This document shows, one piece after another, positions 11,606 to 23,620 of a stretch of DNA of 64,000 nucleotides. How positions within the stretch are numbered: the first letter of the stretch is position 1; every line of letters starts with the position of its first letter. Both the position numbers and the translations under genes were made by a program. Origin of the DNA: Octopus bimaculoides (Eukaryota); contig NC_068981.1 of NCBI RefSeq assembly GCF_001194135.2, positions 186,530,815 through 186,594,814 on the forward strand, in the 5' to 3' direction. Under the pieces are notes generated by a model, which saw only the letters and a list, made by a program, of their open reading frames with translations, made no database searches and had not been told where the DNA came from.

Positions 11606-13266
11606 ACGTAAAGTATATGAAATTATACGTGGATTCAAAATTACTGGAGCAATCATTGTTATTACTGTTTACATTTCCTTTTACCATTTATTTTATTTAC
11701 GTCTAACGTTTATCTGGAAGACATAATTTTAGTGTCTCTTTAATTTAATATTTCAATCTTTTGGACAGAAATTTTTACTGTTTAATTTATATATTTCTTT
11801 TCTCTCCAACAATTACATATAGTTTACTGCTATTTACATGTATTGCAGTTATAGTTTCTTGTCATTTTCGTCACTCTCACTTTTACTAAAGTAAGTGTGA
11901 TGCTTCCTCCGGCGTCTTGTGAGAGCCGGTTTATATATATATATATGAGAGAGAGAGAGATAATAGAACGGGCCATGTTGGACCACTGAACTTCAACGCG
12001 TTTTTTTTTTCATTGTCTCAGTATTTGTTTCGTCTTATTCCTTTCTGTCGATGATAAAATATATATAATATATATAATATATATAAAAATAATATATATA
12101 TATGATATGATATATATATAATATAATATCTGTAAAAATATGTGACTCTTTCTTTCTTTTATTGTCCTTCCTATCAATATATTATATAATATATATAATA
12201 TATGTAATATAATATATATATATATATATATATATANNNNNNNNNNNNNNNNNNNNNNNNNNNNNNNNNNNNNNNNNNNNNNNNNNNNNNNNNNNNNNNN
12301 NNNNNNNNNNNNNNNNNNNNNNNNNNNNNNNNNNNNNNNNNNNNNNNNNNNNNNNNNNNNNNNNNNNNNNNNNNNNNNNNNNNNNNNNNNNNNNNNNNNN
12401 NNNNNNNNNNNNNNNNNNNNNNNNNNNNNNNNNNNNNNNNNNNNNNNNNNNNNNNNNNNNNNNNNNNNNNNNNNNNNNNNNNNNNNNNNNNNNNNNNNNN
12501 NNNNNNNNNNNNNNNNNNNNNNNNNNNNNNNNNNNNNNNNNNNNNNNNNNNNNNNNNNNNNNNNNNNNNNNNNNNNNNNNNNNNNNNNNNNNNNNNNNNN
12601 NNNNNNNNNNNNNNNNNNNNNNNNNNNNNNNNNNNNNNNNNNNNNNNNNNNNNNNNNNNNNNNNNNNNNNNNNNNNNNNNNNNNNNNNNNNNNNNNNNNN
12701 NNNNNNNNNNNNNNNNNNNNNNNNNNNNNNNNNNNNNNNNNNNNNNNNNNNNNNNNNNNNNNNNNNNNNNNNNNNNNNNNNNNNNNNNNNNNNNNNNNNN
12801 NNNNNNNNNNNNNNNNNNNNNNNNNNNNNNNNNNNNNNNNNNNNNNNNNNNNNNNNNNNNNNNNNNNNNNNNNNNNNNNNNNNNNNNNNNNNNNNNNNNN
12901 NNNNNNNNNNNNNNNNNNNNNNNNNNNNNNNNNNNNNNNNNNNNNNNNNNNNNNNNNNNNNNNNNNNNNNNNNNNNNNNNNNNNNNNNNNNNNNNNNNNN
13001 NNNNNNNNNNNNNNNNNNNNNNNNNNNNNNNNNNNNNNNNNNNNNNNNNNNNNNNNNNNNNNNNNNNNNNNNNNNNNNNNNNNNNNNNNNNNNNNNNNNN
13101 NNNNNNNNNNNNNNNNNNNNNNNNNNNNNNNNNNNNNNNNNNNNNNNNNNNNNNNNNNNNNNNNNNNNCTCTCGGTTCTTGAGTCACTCTGTTGCTTGTG
13201 ATAAACATTAACAAAAAGTAGACATCCATTCATATATCGAGTTCAATTTTTCCTGTTTGCATCACC

Positions 13267-13319
<53 letters not shown>

Positions 13320-14095
13320 TTGTATTTTCTTTGTTGAAAATACAAGTCACACTGTAAGATTTAAATAGTTTAGTACACAATTCTAGGTGCTGGAGTAACA
13401 CCTGTGTTAATTTCAGCTAATACAATATAAAGTTCTTAATAGAATTTAATACATTCCTTAAACGTTCTCCTCGTAAAATATAAGTTAATTAGTAAAGTTT
13501 ATTAAACACTTTAAATTTCCTCAACGTTTCCAAATTCGTTAAGAAGCAAAACCAAAGATTTCTGTGAGAGGAGCTAATCAGAATAAGGAAGCCTATTATT
13601 TCGTTCTTGAAAGAATCTTCAATCTGATTATATTAATATAATGTCTGAAAATTTACCGAACATTAAGAAATGGAATTGGAATGCAACTTTTAATTTGATT
13701 GTTATTTCAATTAGTATTTTATTATGCAAGGTTATCAGATGTACCAAAGTCCTTGATATACAGTGATTTTCTAAGTGTTGTTTATTTATTTTGGTTCTTT
13801 ACAAAGATTACGGCTTTTTGAAAATATAAAGTTTTCCCCGCTTTCACTGAGTTTGCAATATTTCATGGTTCTTTCAAGTTTGGTTGAAGATTTTGCTTTC
13901 TAACCGAGTGATTCAAGATCTCACTCTCAATATGCCGCTCCCTGAGCAAGTGAATTCTGCAGTAGGCTTGTGCCGATCAATGTCACGCGAATGAAATTTA
14001 GTGGGCTGAAGCCGTTCGCTGACTACACACGCAGATGTACGCACGCGCACGGACACACACTCACGTATATGCACGCACATGTATAAATTTACACA

Positions 14096-14139
<44 letters not shown>

Positions 14140-14454
14140 TTAGACAGTTGTGTGCAATGTGCTTCCAAAATGGAAAACTATAATCGTCACTAAATATGAC
14201 TACGGTGTTGGAACACCTACATTGCTAGAAATAAGAGCTAAAAAGCTCCAATGATGTAGTTACAGCACATAATTTTATATATATATGTATGTACTGACAG
14301 GGACTGTAATCGCCCGAAAACAACGGTCGAGAATTCCTTGTATTGATCAGTCAGTTTCTGCTAATTCCGTAGCCCTCGTAAGTAGGAATCGCTCACGGTT
14401 GATTCCGGACTTAATTATCTGTCACTACACATCTTTCCTATTATGCAAATGTTT

Positions 14455-14758
14455 CGTAAGTCCAAAAGGTTGCTTTATCAGAAAACGGAAAAATAATTTC
14501 ACCATTCCATTTCTTTTTACATTTGCAGCAGTTTCAGCTGAACAATAATACTTTCTCAGGTGCATAAAATCGTAATTCCATGCATGTATGATATTTTCAG
14601 TCAGAAATATTTTAGAAAAACTGTCGTATGTGGGACTTACTACACTTTTGAAAAATTACGCTTTGACAATTTTCATATCTTGGCATCTGAAGCAGCTGGA
14701 CATACAATAGTTTGACCAAAAGAACCGGCTATTTAAAGTAAAATTAAATATTGAAAAA
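14455..14758 (+). repeat. Unclassified dispersed repeat F, copy 1
   Basis: ~300 bp closely similar to 37179-37498 (CGTAAGTCCAAA..GTTGCTTT...TTTCATATCTTGGCATCTGAAGCA...AAATTAAATATTGAAAAA). Confidence 0.8.
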
Positions 14759-16210
14759 TGTATTTAAAGCACATATTTTAGCCATCTCAATACAGTTGTA
14801 AATTGTAAAGCATAATTGTCACTACTACTACATAAACCTGAAGATTGCATAGTTTAATGTATGAAAGTACTAGTTCAGTCAGAATGGACATTTAATATTC
14901 TATCATTTCATTATATTATATTATCATATATTATTATAAGATTGTAAATTAAACGTGAAAATCAGACAAAATTGGAATTTCTTTGGGTCATATTTTCTTC
15001 TATACACAATGATACTCACCCGTGTGTATATATATTAATGGTGGAAACCAATAACAGAATGAAATAAATATTCCATAAATCATTAATTTTGCATCTTTCA
15101 TCAACATTCTTTCGTGTTTGTTTTAACTCTTATAAAGAATTATACCTAATTAGGGCAAAAATAGCATATTTTGAAGAAGCACCACAGATTTTAGGAATCC
15201 AAATTCTTTATTAGCATTTATTTTTTTAACCTTAAAATAAAAAAAAAGAGAAGTTAATTCTAACAGCAGCAGGATTTGAATTCATACGGTAAAATGAGGG
15301 TAATTCAATATTGGAAAGGAAAGTTTGTTTAATCATTTTTTTTTTTTTTGCTTCGTGATTGAGTCTTCATGTCCGTTTGATTCCAGAATTGTAAAGAAAG
15401 AAAAGGAACAATTTTTTTATAAATACAATCTTTTAAAGTTTGAAATTGCGAGAATTTGAAATATGAAAACTGTAAAGATTCTCGGAGATTATTATGAAAT
15501 GTCCTGTGGAGCTCCAAGAGAAAGGTTGCCTCTTAGGAATAGCAAAGTTTATCAGAAGGCCTTTGAGCTCTTGAAAGATTATTGAAAGTTTGTATGTATC
15601 TAAGGTTGCATGCAGTAGCTTGCTACCCACAGAAATTCTACCAGTAATAAGAGCAAACGTAAGTCAAGTCGAATATTAATTTACAAATATTCTTATTACT
15701 TATGGCAAATGTTGAGGTGGTTATTGTTTGCTAATGATTTTCGCACATAGAAAGTATTTCTATCTGCAAATGAAGTTTTCGATATCTTTCTCTTATTATT
15801 TTCTCTTTCCTTTATATATATTTACCTTGTACTAACAAAACAGTGAAAGAAAAAAAGTCAAGAATTACTTGATAAAAACTTTTATGCTACTTGCCAAGCT
15901 GACACATTGAAAACGTTCTGCAGACAGCTTGCCCTATCACTATTAATATCGATCAAGATAATGTGTGTTAGAAAAACACTGTGATGTGTATACAGAGAAA
16001 TCATAGACTAATATCAAATATTCTGTTGTCCAACTGGCAACCTTTGATCAATGATTGATTACTGAAGGAAAGAATATGCTTAGGTGTCAACTTGTAAAAT
16101 TGAACTCATTCATATAAAATCACTTATATTCATAGTTGCATTTGCATAAACGCACACACAAACACACACACACATTCTTTAACGAGCTTGTGTATGTGGG
16201 CTTGTATTCG

Positions 16211-16241
<31 letters not shown>

Positions 16242-16769
16242 TATAGTAAAAATGGATACATAAGGGTGGAAAATCCCAGGAATAATACCATATGTCCAAC
16301 GCAAGATACAATATGTGTGTTCAATTCCTTCAAGAATCAATAAATGAATTTATAGTATTCAGTCTCTAAACTGTCTAAAAGGTACGGTAAAAAGACAAGC
16401 AAATACAACAATAAAAACTTTAGAAATATCATGAATGTTCAAAATATTTATTAAAAAAAAATATTTATAAATATGCATGATTTCTAAGTTGTATAAAAAT
16501 ATGACAATTAAAGTTAAAACATTACGATATGTAAACGTACATTATGATATAACATATAATGGGTAAATATATACGGTATGATGAAGTTATAAATTTACAT
16601 GTATTACATTAATATATATATACTCACAAACATTATTTGTATGTATATGTATGTGGGTGCGTATTACTAGAATATGTTCAATTGATATAACTCAAACCAT
16701 TATATAAATGTTTGTGTGGGGGTGAGTGTGTGTGCGTGTGTGTGTGTGTTTGTGTTTGTGTGTGTATGT

Positions 16770-17080
16770 CTTCTTGTTTCAGTTATTTGAGTGCGGTAAT
16801 TTGAGCACCACCTCGAATGGCTTTAGTCGAAGAAATCGACCCCATGTCTTATTCTTTGTAAGCCTAGTGCTTATTCTATCGGTTTTCTTTTGCCAAACCG
16901 CTACGTTATGGGGACTTAGACACACCAACATTAATTGTCAAGCGATGGTGGGGGGAACAAACACAGACACAAAGGCACACACACATAAATATATATGCAT
17001 ATATACATTTATATACCCGACGGGCATCTTTAAGTTTCCGTCTACCAAATCCACTATACCAAGGCTATAGTAGAAGACAC
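16770..17080 (-). mobile_element. SINE-A running into an N-gap
   Basis: AAATCGACCCCATGTCTTATTCTTTGTAAGCCTAG...CGACGGGCATCTTTAAGTTTCCGTCTACCAAATCC. Confidence 0.85.
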
Positions 17081-17273
17081 NNNNNNNNNNNNNNNNNNNN
17101 NNNNNNNNNNNNNNNNNNNNNNNNNNNNNNNNNNNNNNNNNNNNNNNNNNNNNNNNNNNNNNNNNNNNNNNNNNNNNNNNNNNNNNNNNNNNNNNNNNNN
17201 NNNNNNNNNNNNNNNNNNNNNNNNNNNNNNNNNNNNNNNNNNNNNNNNNNNNNNNNNNNNNNNNNNNNNNNNN

Positions 17274-17338
<65 letters not shown>

Positions 17339-17491
17339 AAATTAGCACGAAGCCCTAAGGATGCAGTGAGCATTAACCTATTTAGAAATGAGAGCTAAGG
17401 TCTGAATTCAACCGCCAGAAGGCAGCAAAATCATAGGAAATAACAGTATGCGAGGAAACAGACAAAGAATTAAAAAGCATCCCTATAAAAA

Positions 17492-17540
17492 TTATGCTCT
17501 CGGTTGTTGGCCCGAGGGCCTGAACCTTCCTCAGCGTTAG
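17492..17540 (-). ncRNA. Degenerate hammerhead-like motif, possibly Penelope-derived
   Basis: CTGAGGA-A-GGTT...AACC-GAGAGC: first core box intact, stem II can pair, GAAA altered to GAGA, no stem I partner. Confidence 0.2.
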
Positions 17541-18399
17541 TTACTGGGCAAGAAACTCTGAAACCGTCACGTTATACATCCATTATACATATAGATATAT
17601 ATAGATATATATATGTACACACACATATATATGCTGATCGATAGATAGACACATTAATTTTTTCATATTTTAAGTGACTATCAGCCAAACGATTTGCACG
17701 GCATGTGCATGCGCACATAATAGATGCAAAGAAATATATAACAGTGAAAGCTCTTTGTGATACTATTTTCAGTTCGTTTTCAATATGATGCCAAAGTTAA
17801 CAAAAAATTTATTGCCACTTCCAAGCTTTGCTGGAGATCAAATATATTTAGTCATACTTAATGTGTTAGTTACTAAAATTTCTGTATTTCTAAGAAGCAA
17901 CATAACTATTATAGATTTTTTATACTGTATGACTACTGTTATTCGCGTCAAATGGTCTTGATAATGATTTCCAACACATGTGAAAATCCTTCATTTATCA
18001 GCGAATGGAATTTCTTTCTTTTCAACGTATTTGTTATTCTGAGATCTGGTAGGAAGGCTGTTTCTATAGCGGTTGTGTAAAATCAGATACTAAGGCTTCT
18101 GAAGCAAGATAATTTTTATCAGGCTTTGCTATTTCCACCCTCACTTCTCCTTCTCTACTGCGGTGAAGGCTTGCATCATCGTTTGAATGACTATTATTGT
18201 AAAATAACGTATAAATACACAGAATGTTCGGGCTATGTTTCACGACGATTTTTATGCCTCCTTTTTCAGAAACAGTTTGATGTATTGGAAAGTAGTAAAC
18301 GGCGTTGGAAAGCATAAAGATTAAAGTCGTAATTGGGAAATAGTTAGCTGACATGTAGGTTTGAAGCAATCTGGGATGAAGCAATCTGGGATGAAGCAA

Positions 18400-19144
18400 T
18401 ATTGGGGTGGAGTTTACCTGTAACATGATGATTCGTGCAGAGTATGAAAATGCTGCTCAATGCTCTGTGGACATTGTAAAGGCAGTAAAACGTCCCATGG
18501 ACATCATTAAAATCATGTCCTCCCAGAATTGTGATGGTTTTTTGGAGAGGGTGACGTCGTCTCCAGTGAGGGTGGCGTCATATCCAATGAGGGTGAAGCT
18601 ATGCTGCCCCACAACTTTGAACATGTCCTTAGTCTCAATTCAAAGAACTATGTGAAACTGCTATCGACTGTGGTCAAACCTTGGCTGGAAAAGATTGCTG
18701 TTGGAAAGCCCTGTTTATGACAGGATGATTCGGCTCAGGCCATACCTCTGAAAATGTGATGTGATTGTCGGAGAATTTCCGCGACACCACCTGCCCTAAT
18801 TTCTAGCCTCCTTATCCCCGACATTATAATCTCAAGAATTACTACATGTAGGGTGCAGTTTAGACAGCAACCACTCTGCATACAGCACCAAGGCCGAACT
18901 AGTGGTCCAGATCAAGGAAGTATGCGGTCTTCCCCGGAGTACAGTGAGGAACGTATGCACTAAACTCTGGAGCCGGCTGGAGGCCGTGGTGGAAGCTGAG
19001 GGTAGCTACTATGTATAAACTGCTATCTTCCAGCCATAATCTAGTTGATATTTTTATGATTTTGTAAAATACTTTATATTTGGACGGGTTACGGCATTAT
19101 CTTTTCCATTTATACAAACCATTACATTTCGCCTGTACACCCTG
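18400..19144 (+). pseudogene. Tc1/mariner transposase relic (maT/DD37D-like) with right terminal repeat
   Basis: VMVF..GVISNEGEAMLPHNFE...NYVKLLSTVVKPWLEKIAVGKP..QDDSA; NF*PPYPRHYNLKNYYM*GAV (WPPxSPDLNP-like); SRLEAVVEAEGSYY*; ends GTACACCCTG (reverse complement CAGGGTG); many stops and frameshifts. Confidence 0.85.
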
Positions 19145-19343
19145 GGTCGAGAATAAACAACCTACACCCGTGTGCTGGAAATGTTACAACGATATACAAT
19201 GGAATTTATGGTTTTCGATCCAGACTTCTATGTTCTGAGTCCTGATACAAATGTGGGGGATTCGACTCGGTCGGCTGATATAATGGCAGCGTTCGTAAAA
19301 CTGAAAAAAAAAAACAAAGAAGGGGAAGGAACCACTTCAATAT

Positions 19344-19522
19344 ATGCTTCAAGAATATTCTTCTGTGTTTACGCCCTGAGTTCAAATACTGCCGAGGTCG
19401 ACTTTGCCATTCATCATTTCGGGGTCGATAAATTAAGTAACAGTTGTGTACTGGGGTCGATCTAATCGACTCCCACCCTCCCCCAAAATTTGGGGCTTTG
19501 TGCCTAGAGTACAAAAGAATAT
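19344..19522 (+). mobile_element. SINE-B, 5'-truncated
   Basis: GAGTTCAAATACTGCCGAGGTCGACTTTGCC...TACTGGGGTCGATCTAATCGACT...TGTGCCTAGAGTA. Confidence 0.85.
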
Positions 19523-19854
19523 ATTCTTCAACAAATTTCTCATCTTAAGCAACGTGTGTGTATAAGTGTGTGTGTGTGTCTGTGTGTTCGTATGTGTATG
19601 TGTTGTGTATGTGTGTTATGAGACTGTGTTGATTGCATTTTGTGTGTATGTAGGTGTATAAATAAGCGTAAGTATAAATAAGTATATGGTTTTTAATTAA
19701 TAATCAACTGAAATTATTGAGTAACTTAAGGGCTGGCAGTTTCGTGCGTTGGCAATTTTCGAAGGCAAGAAATTCTCGCTCTTTCAGTCACTCAGTAACA
19801 TCTGGCGATTATTAAAAATTAAACGTGTATACATATGCTTAGATTGCTGTTTTG

Positions 19855-19910
<56 letters not shown>

Positions 19911-20784
19911 NNNNNNNNNNNNNNNNNNNNNNNNNNNNNNNNNNNNNNNNNNNNNNNNNNNNNNNNNNNNNNNNNNNNNNNNNNNNNNNNNNNNNNNNNN
20001 NNNNNNNNNNNNNNNNNNNNNNNNNNNNNNNNNNNNNNNNNNNNNNNNNNNNNNNNNNNNNNNNNNNNNNNNNNNNNNNNNNNNNNNNNNNNNNNNNNNN
20101 NNNNNNNNNNNNNNNNNNNNNNNNNNNNNNNNNNNNNNNNNNNNNNNNNNNNNNNNNNNNNNNNNNNNNNNNNNNNNNNNNNNNNNNNNNNNNNNNNNNN
20201 NNNNNNNNNNNNNNNNNNNNNNNNNNNNNNNNNNNNNNNNNNNNNNNNNNNNNNNNNNNNNNNNNNNNNNNNNNNNNNNNNNNNNNNNNNNNNNNNNNNN
20301 NNNNNNNNNNNNNNNNNNNNNNNNNNNNNNNNNNNNNNNNNNNNNNNNNNNNNNNNNNNNNNNNNNNNNNNNNNNNNNNNNNNNNNNNNNNNNNNNNNNN
20401 NNNNNNNNNNNNNNNNNNNNNNNNNNNNNNNNNNNNNNNNNNNNNNNNNNNNNNNNNNNNNNNNNNNNNNNNNNNNNNNTTTCTCAACAATTTTATAATC
20501 GATTATAGAATCCTTTCCATGCTATAAATTTCACATTATACTCTTCAAGCAAAACATCTTCAGGCTTCCTAACGCATCGTAATAGATTTTTTTCTTTGTG
20601 TTTTTTGATCTGACTTGATATCGTTTTCCTCCTTGGAATTTTTTTCCCCCACGATCGTCTGGTTAAACTCCAAACTGATTTGCTTGTATATATTGAATCA
20701 TTACGTTTTAGGACTAAATTATTAGTTTATATTTTGCTGGTCAATTTGTCAGCAAAGATTCGTTTTCATCTTTTACATGTTGTT

Positions 20785-21165
20785 GCAGTCATTGCATTGC
20801 AGTCATTGCATTGCAGCCATTACTGAGACACCGTCTTCAAGGTTTTAGTTGAACACGCTAACCCCAGTACTTATCCATTGTTAAATCTTCCTAGCCTATC
20901 AGTATCTTTTCTTGACATGCTATATTACGTGGGCTTAATCAAACCAGCATCGATCTTCTCTCTGTGGGATGGGAACAAACACAGCGCAATTACAAGACAG
21001 ACATGTACTCACACATGCATATAAAGATATGCGACGTTATTCCATAGAGTTTTCTCATTCACTCGCATGTTTTTGGTCGGCCCGTGACAATATGTAGACG
21101 ACATTTGTCCAAGGTGCTGCACACGTGGTTGTAAAACGAACTTCTTAACCCTACAGGCATGCGTG
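20785..21165 (-). mobile_element. SINE-A, highly degenerate
   Basis: CCCCAGTACTTAT, GGAACAAACACAG, TTGGTCGGCCCG and TTGTCCAAGGTGC motifs in family order; 14-bp tandem duplication TGCAGTCATTGCAT at the tail. Confidence 0.6.
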
Positions 21166-21212
21166 TGTTTATGTCACACACACACATATAGATATATTAC
21201 ATACGCATTAAT

Positions 21213-21392
21213 ATATCGTCGTGGTACTCCGTCGGTTACGACGACGAGGGTTCCAGTTGATCCGATCAAAGGAAATTAACGTGCAAGTGGCTGATCACTC
21301 CACTGACTCGTGTACCCTTAACGTAATTCTCGGGGATATTTAGCGTGACACAGTGTAACAAGACTGGCCCTTTGAAAGACAGGTACAACAGA
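21213..21392 (-). mobile_element. SINE-D, 3' fragment
   Basis: TCGTGGTACTCCGTCGGTTACGACGACGAGGGTTCCAGTTGATCCGATCAA...; matches 62095-62280. Confidence 0.85.
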
Positions 21393-21749
21393 ACTTGAAA
21401 CCAAAACGTAAATAGCCGGAAAAAATGCTGCTCTACATTTTGTCCGACTTGCTAACAACCCTGCATGCTCGCTGTCTTATAAATACCAACTTCGCCTTAA
21501 GGCGGACGAAACGAATTAGTCCCCATGCTGGGAATCGTTTCTGGCTTCCAGGGTAGAAACTAGTTACCCTAACCACTAGATCATATAGGTTATGTGAATT
21601 TCATATACGTCATATAAAACAGCTTGTGGCATCTCGGGAAGGTCATTATGTCGATAATAAACACATGCAATTGTGCTTTTTCTCTTTTAGTAGTGAATTT
21701 ATCAACATTTAACCAATTAACTAATCGCTTGTTTGTCTGCCTGTTTCAG

Positions 21750-21799
21750 GCCGGCCTGAGACGGGCAGACAGATCTGAAGCAGACCTGGAGTAGAGAAG
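21750..21799 (+). other. Candidate 50-nt exon (non-coding or stop-containing)
   Basis: Acceptor TTGTTTGTCTGCCTGTTTCAG and donor AAG|GTACGT; GC-richer than the flanks; stops in all three frames. Confidence 0.3.
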
Positions 21800-22082
21800 G
21801 TACGTCATTGATGACGTCACGAATAGCAACGAAAGAAGTTCAACAAGCCTTGCTGATAAATTGATCAACGAAACCGTTAATGGACCAAGCAGTTCCTTTA
21901 TTGGTCCAATGTTAATGAATTTACTAATAAAAGAAGTGAAACAGAATCCTTGTATGTGTTTATTATTGGCATAACGACCTGAGATACCACAAAATCTGTT
22001 TCAATTCACGAGTTCACATTAGCAACGCTGCAAACTAAATACAAAAACCAAATTAAAACTATATAAAAATACATCTAAGCAG

Positions 22083-22408
22083 AAATTTATCTCTACATAT
22101 TTTCTACAGAATTTAGAGGCAGAACTGAAAGTTACGACGTTCCATATACAAATACGCCTATGTAAACAATGCGATTACAAACAGAAAAATAGCTAATGGT
22201 GTATATGCATGTTTTCGGAGTTATTGCTCCTTCTTCAGCACCACATTCAGCATATTAACTACTTACGCGGACATTGCTTAAACATTCCACCAAGTTTAGT
22301 GGTGTAGCACTTTTGGATAGACCAATTTACATACACATTTTCGTATACGTAAAGTTGTAACTTTCAGTGGTGTCTCTAAATTCTATAGAAAACTGTAGAG
22401 ATAAATTT
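22083..22408. mobile_element. Inverted-repeat element (~84-bp arms) enclosing a hammerhead motif; Penelope-derived or MITE-like
   Basis: 22083-22166 versus the reverse complement of 22326-22408; the outer ~66 bp align with ~10 differences. Confidence 0.7.
22192..22251 (-). ncRNA. Type I hammerhead ribozyme-like motif
   Basis: GCTGAATGTGGTG-CTGAAGA-A-GGAG(CAATAA)CTCC-GAAA-ACATGCATAT-A-CACCATTAGC: both core boxes, 4-bp stem II, stem I TGGTG/CACCA extendable past a bulge, near-palindromic helix III. Confidence 0.65.
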
Positions 22409-22529
22409 AGTACCTAAGTTCTAAAGCCCACTTCATAAGGAATTAGTCATTTCGCAAACATTGAAACAAAAACATTTTCCTTGTTTTACAAACACATTAA
22501 TGAATTAAGCAATTATTGTGGTTCTCTGG

Positions 22530-22536
22530 TCACACA

Positions 22537-22594
<58 letters not shown>

Positions 22595-22665
22595 TTTATA
22601 TATATATATATATATATAATTTATATACATACATATATATATTTTATATTTTATATAAAATTTAT

Positions 22666-22699
<34 letters not shown>

Positions 22700-22700
22700 C
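22530..22700. repeat. Compound microsatellite (CA)n/(TA)n/(GATA)n
   Basis: Direct reading. Confidence 0.95.
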
Positions 22701-22999
22701 ACATATACATAATATAAACAACGTTTGTACGACAGTAATAACTGGGGTTTAGGGAGATCTACGGCTCAAGAAAAACACGTAAACCTCAGGTCAGCTCTGA
22801 TTACCCTGTGTGATAGAGCTGTGAGGTTGTTTTCCTGTGTGGGGAATTCAAGATTACATTAGCTAATTGTGTCATTGTCAAAGACAGTAGATTGCAACTT
22901 GAAGGGTACTTGGCTGCTATTTCTAGCAGATCGTGCGATGACATAGATTCACTCGCAGTCTCATTTTGAGGCTTCCTTATCGCTTCTCGGCAAAAGCGT

Positions 23000-23620
23000 T
23001 GTTGTTCTTGTTGTTATTGTTGATGATGGTCACGAGGACAATGACGGTGATGTCGACAACATTGATAACTAGTGGGATAATAAAGAAGGAGATTATCATG
23101 GTGCCGGGAGTTGTAGATGTTGTCATTGATATTGACGATATTTTCCAGTAGTTATGGCCATGTTTGGAATAAAGTTACGCCGTTATTTCTTCTACAGAAT
23201 CCATTGCTTCTGCCATTTAGCTTGTATTTATACTTGTTATTTTCACTCTTATCATTGTTGGTGGTCATTATTTGGTAATATCGATGTTCTTGCTGCTACT
23301 ACTACTACTACAAATAATAATAATAGTAAAAATAATAATGCCACCATCACGTTTTCTCCTCCTACCCCTATTTACTGCCACAACAGCTACTGGACATAAT
23401 ACGGCTAGCGTTTCCATGGTAACTGCTGCTATCTCACTCGTACTTTTCTTCTGTTGTTTCGCAACGTTCTTGTTTATAATTATATTGCCATTGTTGTTGC
23501 CGTTGTTGCTTCTACATTTTTTTTTTATTATTGTAAATGCTTCTTGCAGTTGTTGTTGTTGCTGCTGCTGCTGTTTTTCTTGTTTTTTTTTTGTTAATAT
23601 TTGTTGTTCGTGTTTGTTTT
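23000..23620. repeat. Degenerate trinucleotide low-complexity tract (GTT/GAT/CTA/AAT/GCT)
   Basis: Direct reading; accounts for the 200-aa L/C/F-rich spurious ORF. Confidence 0.7.
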
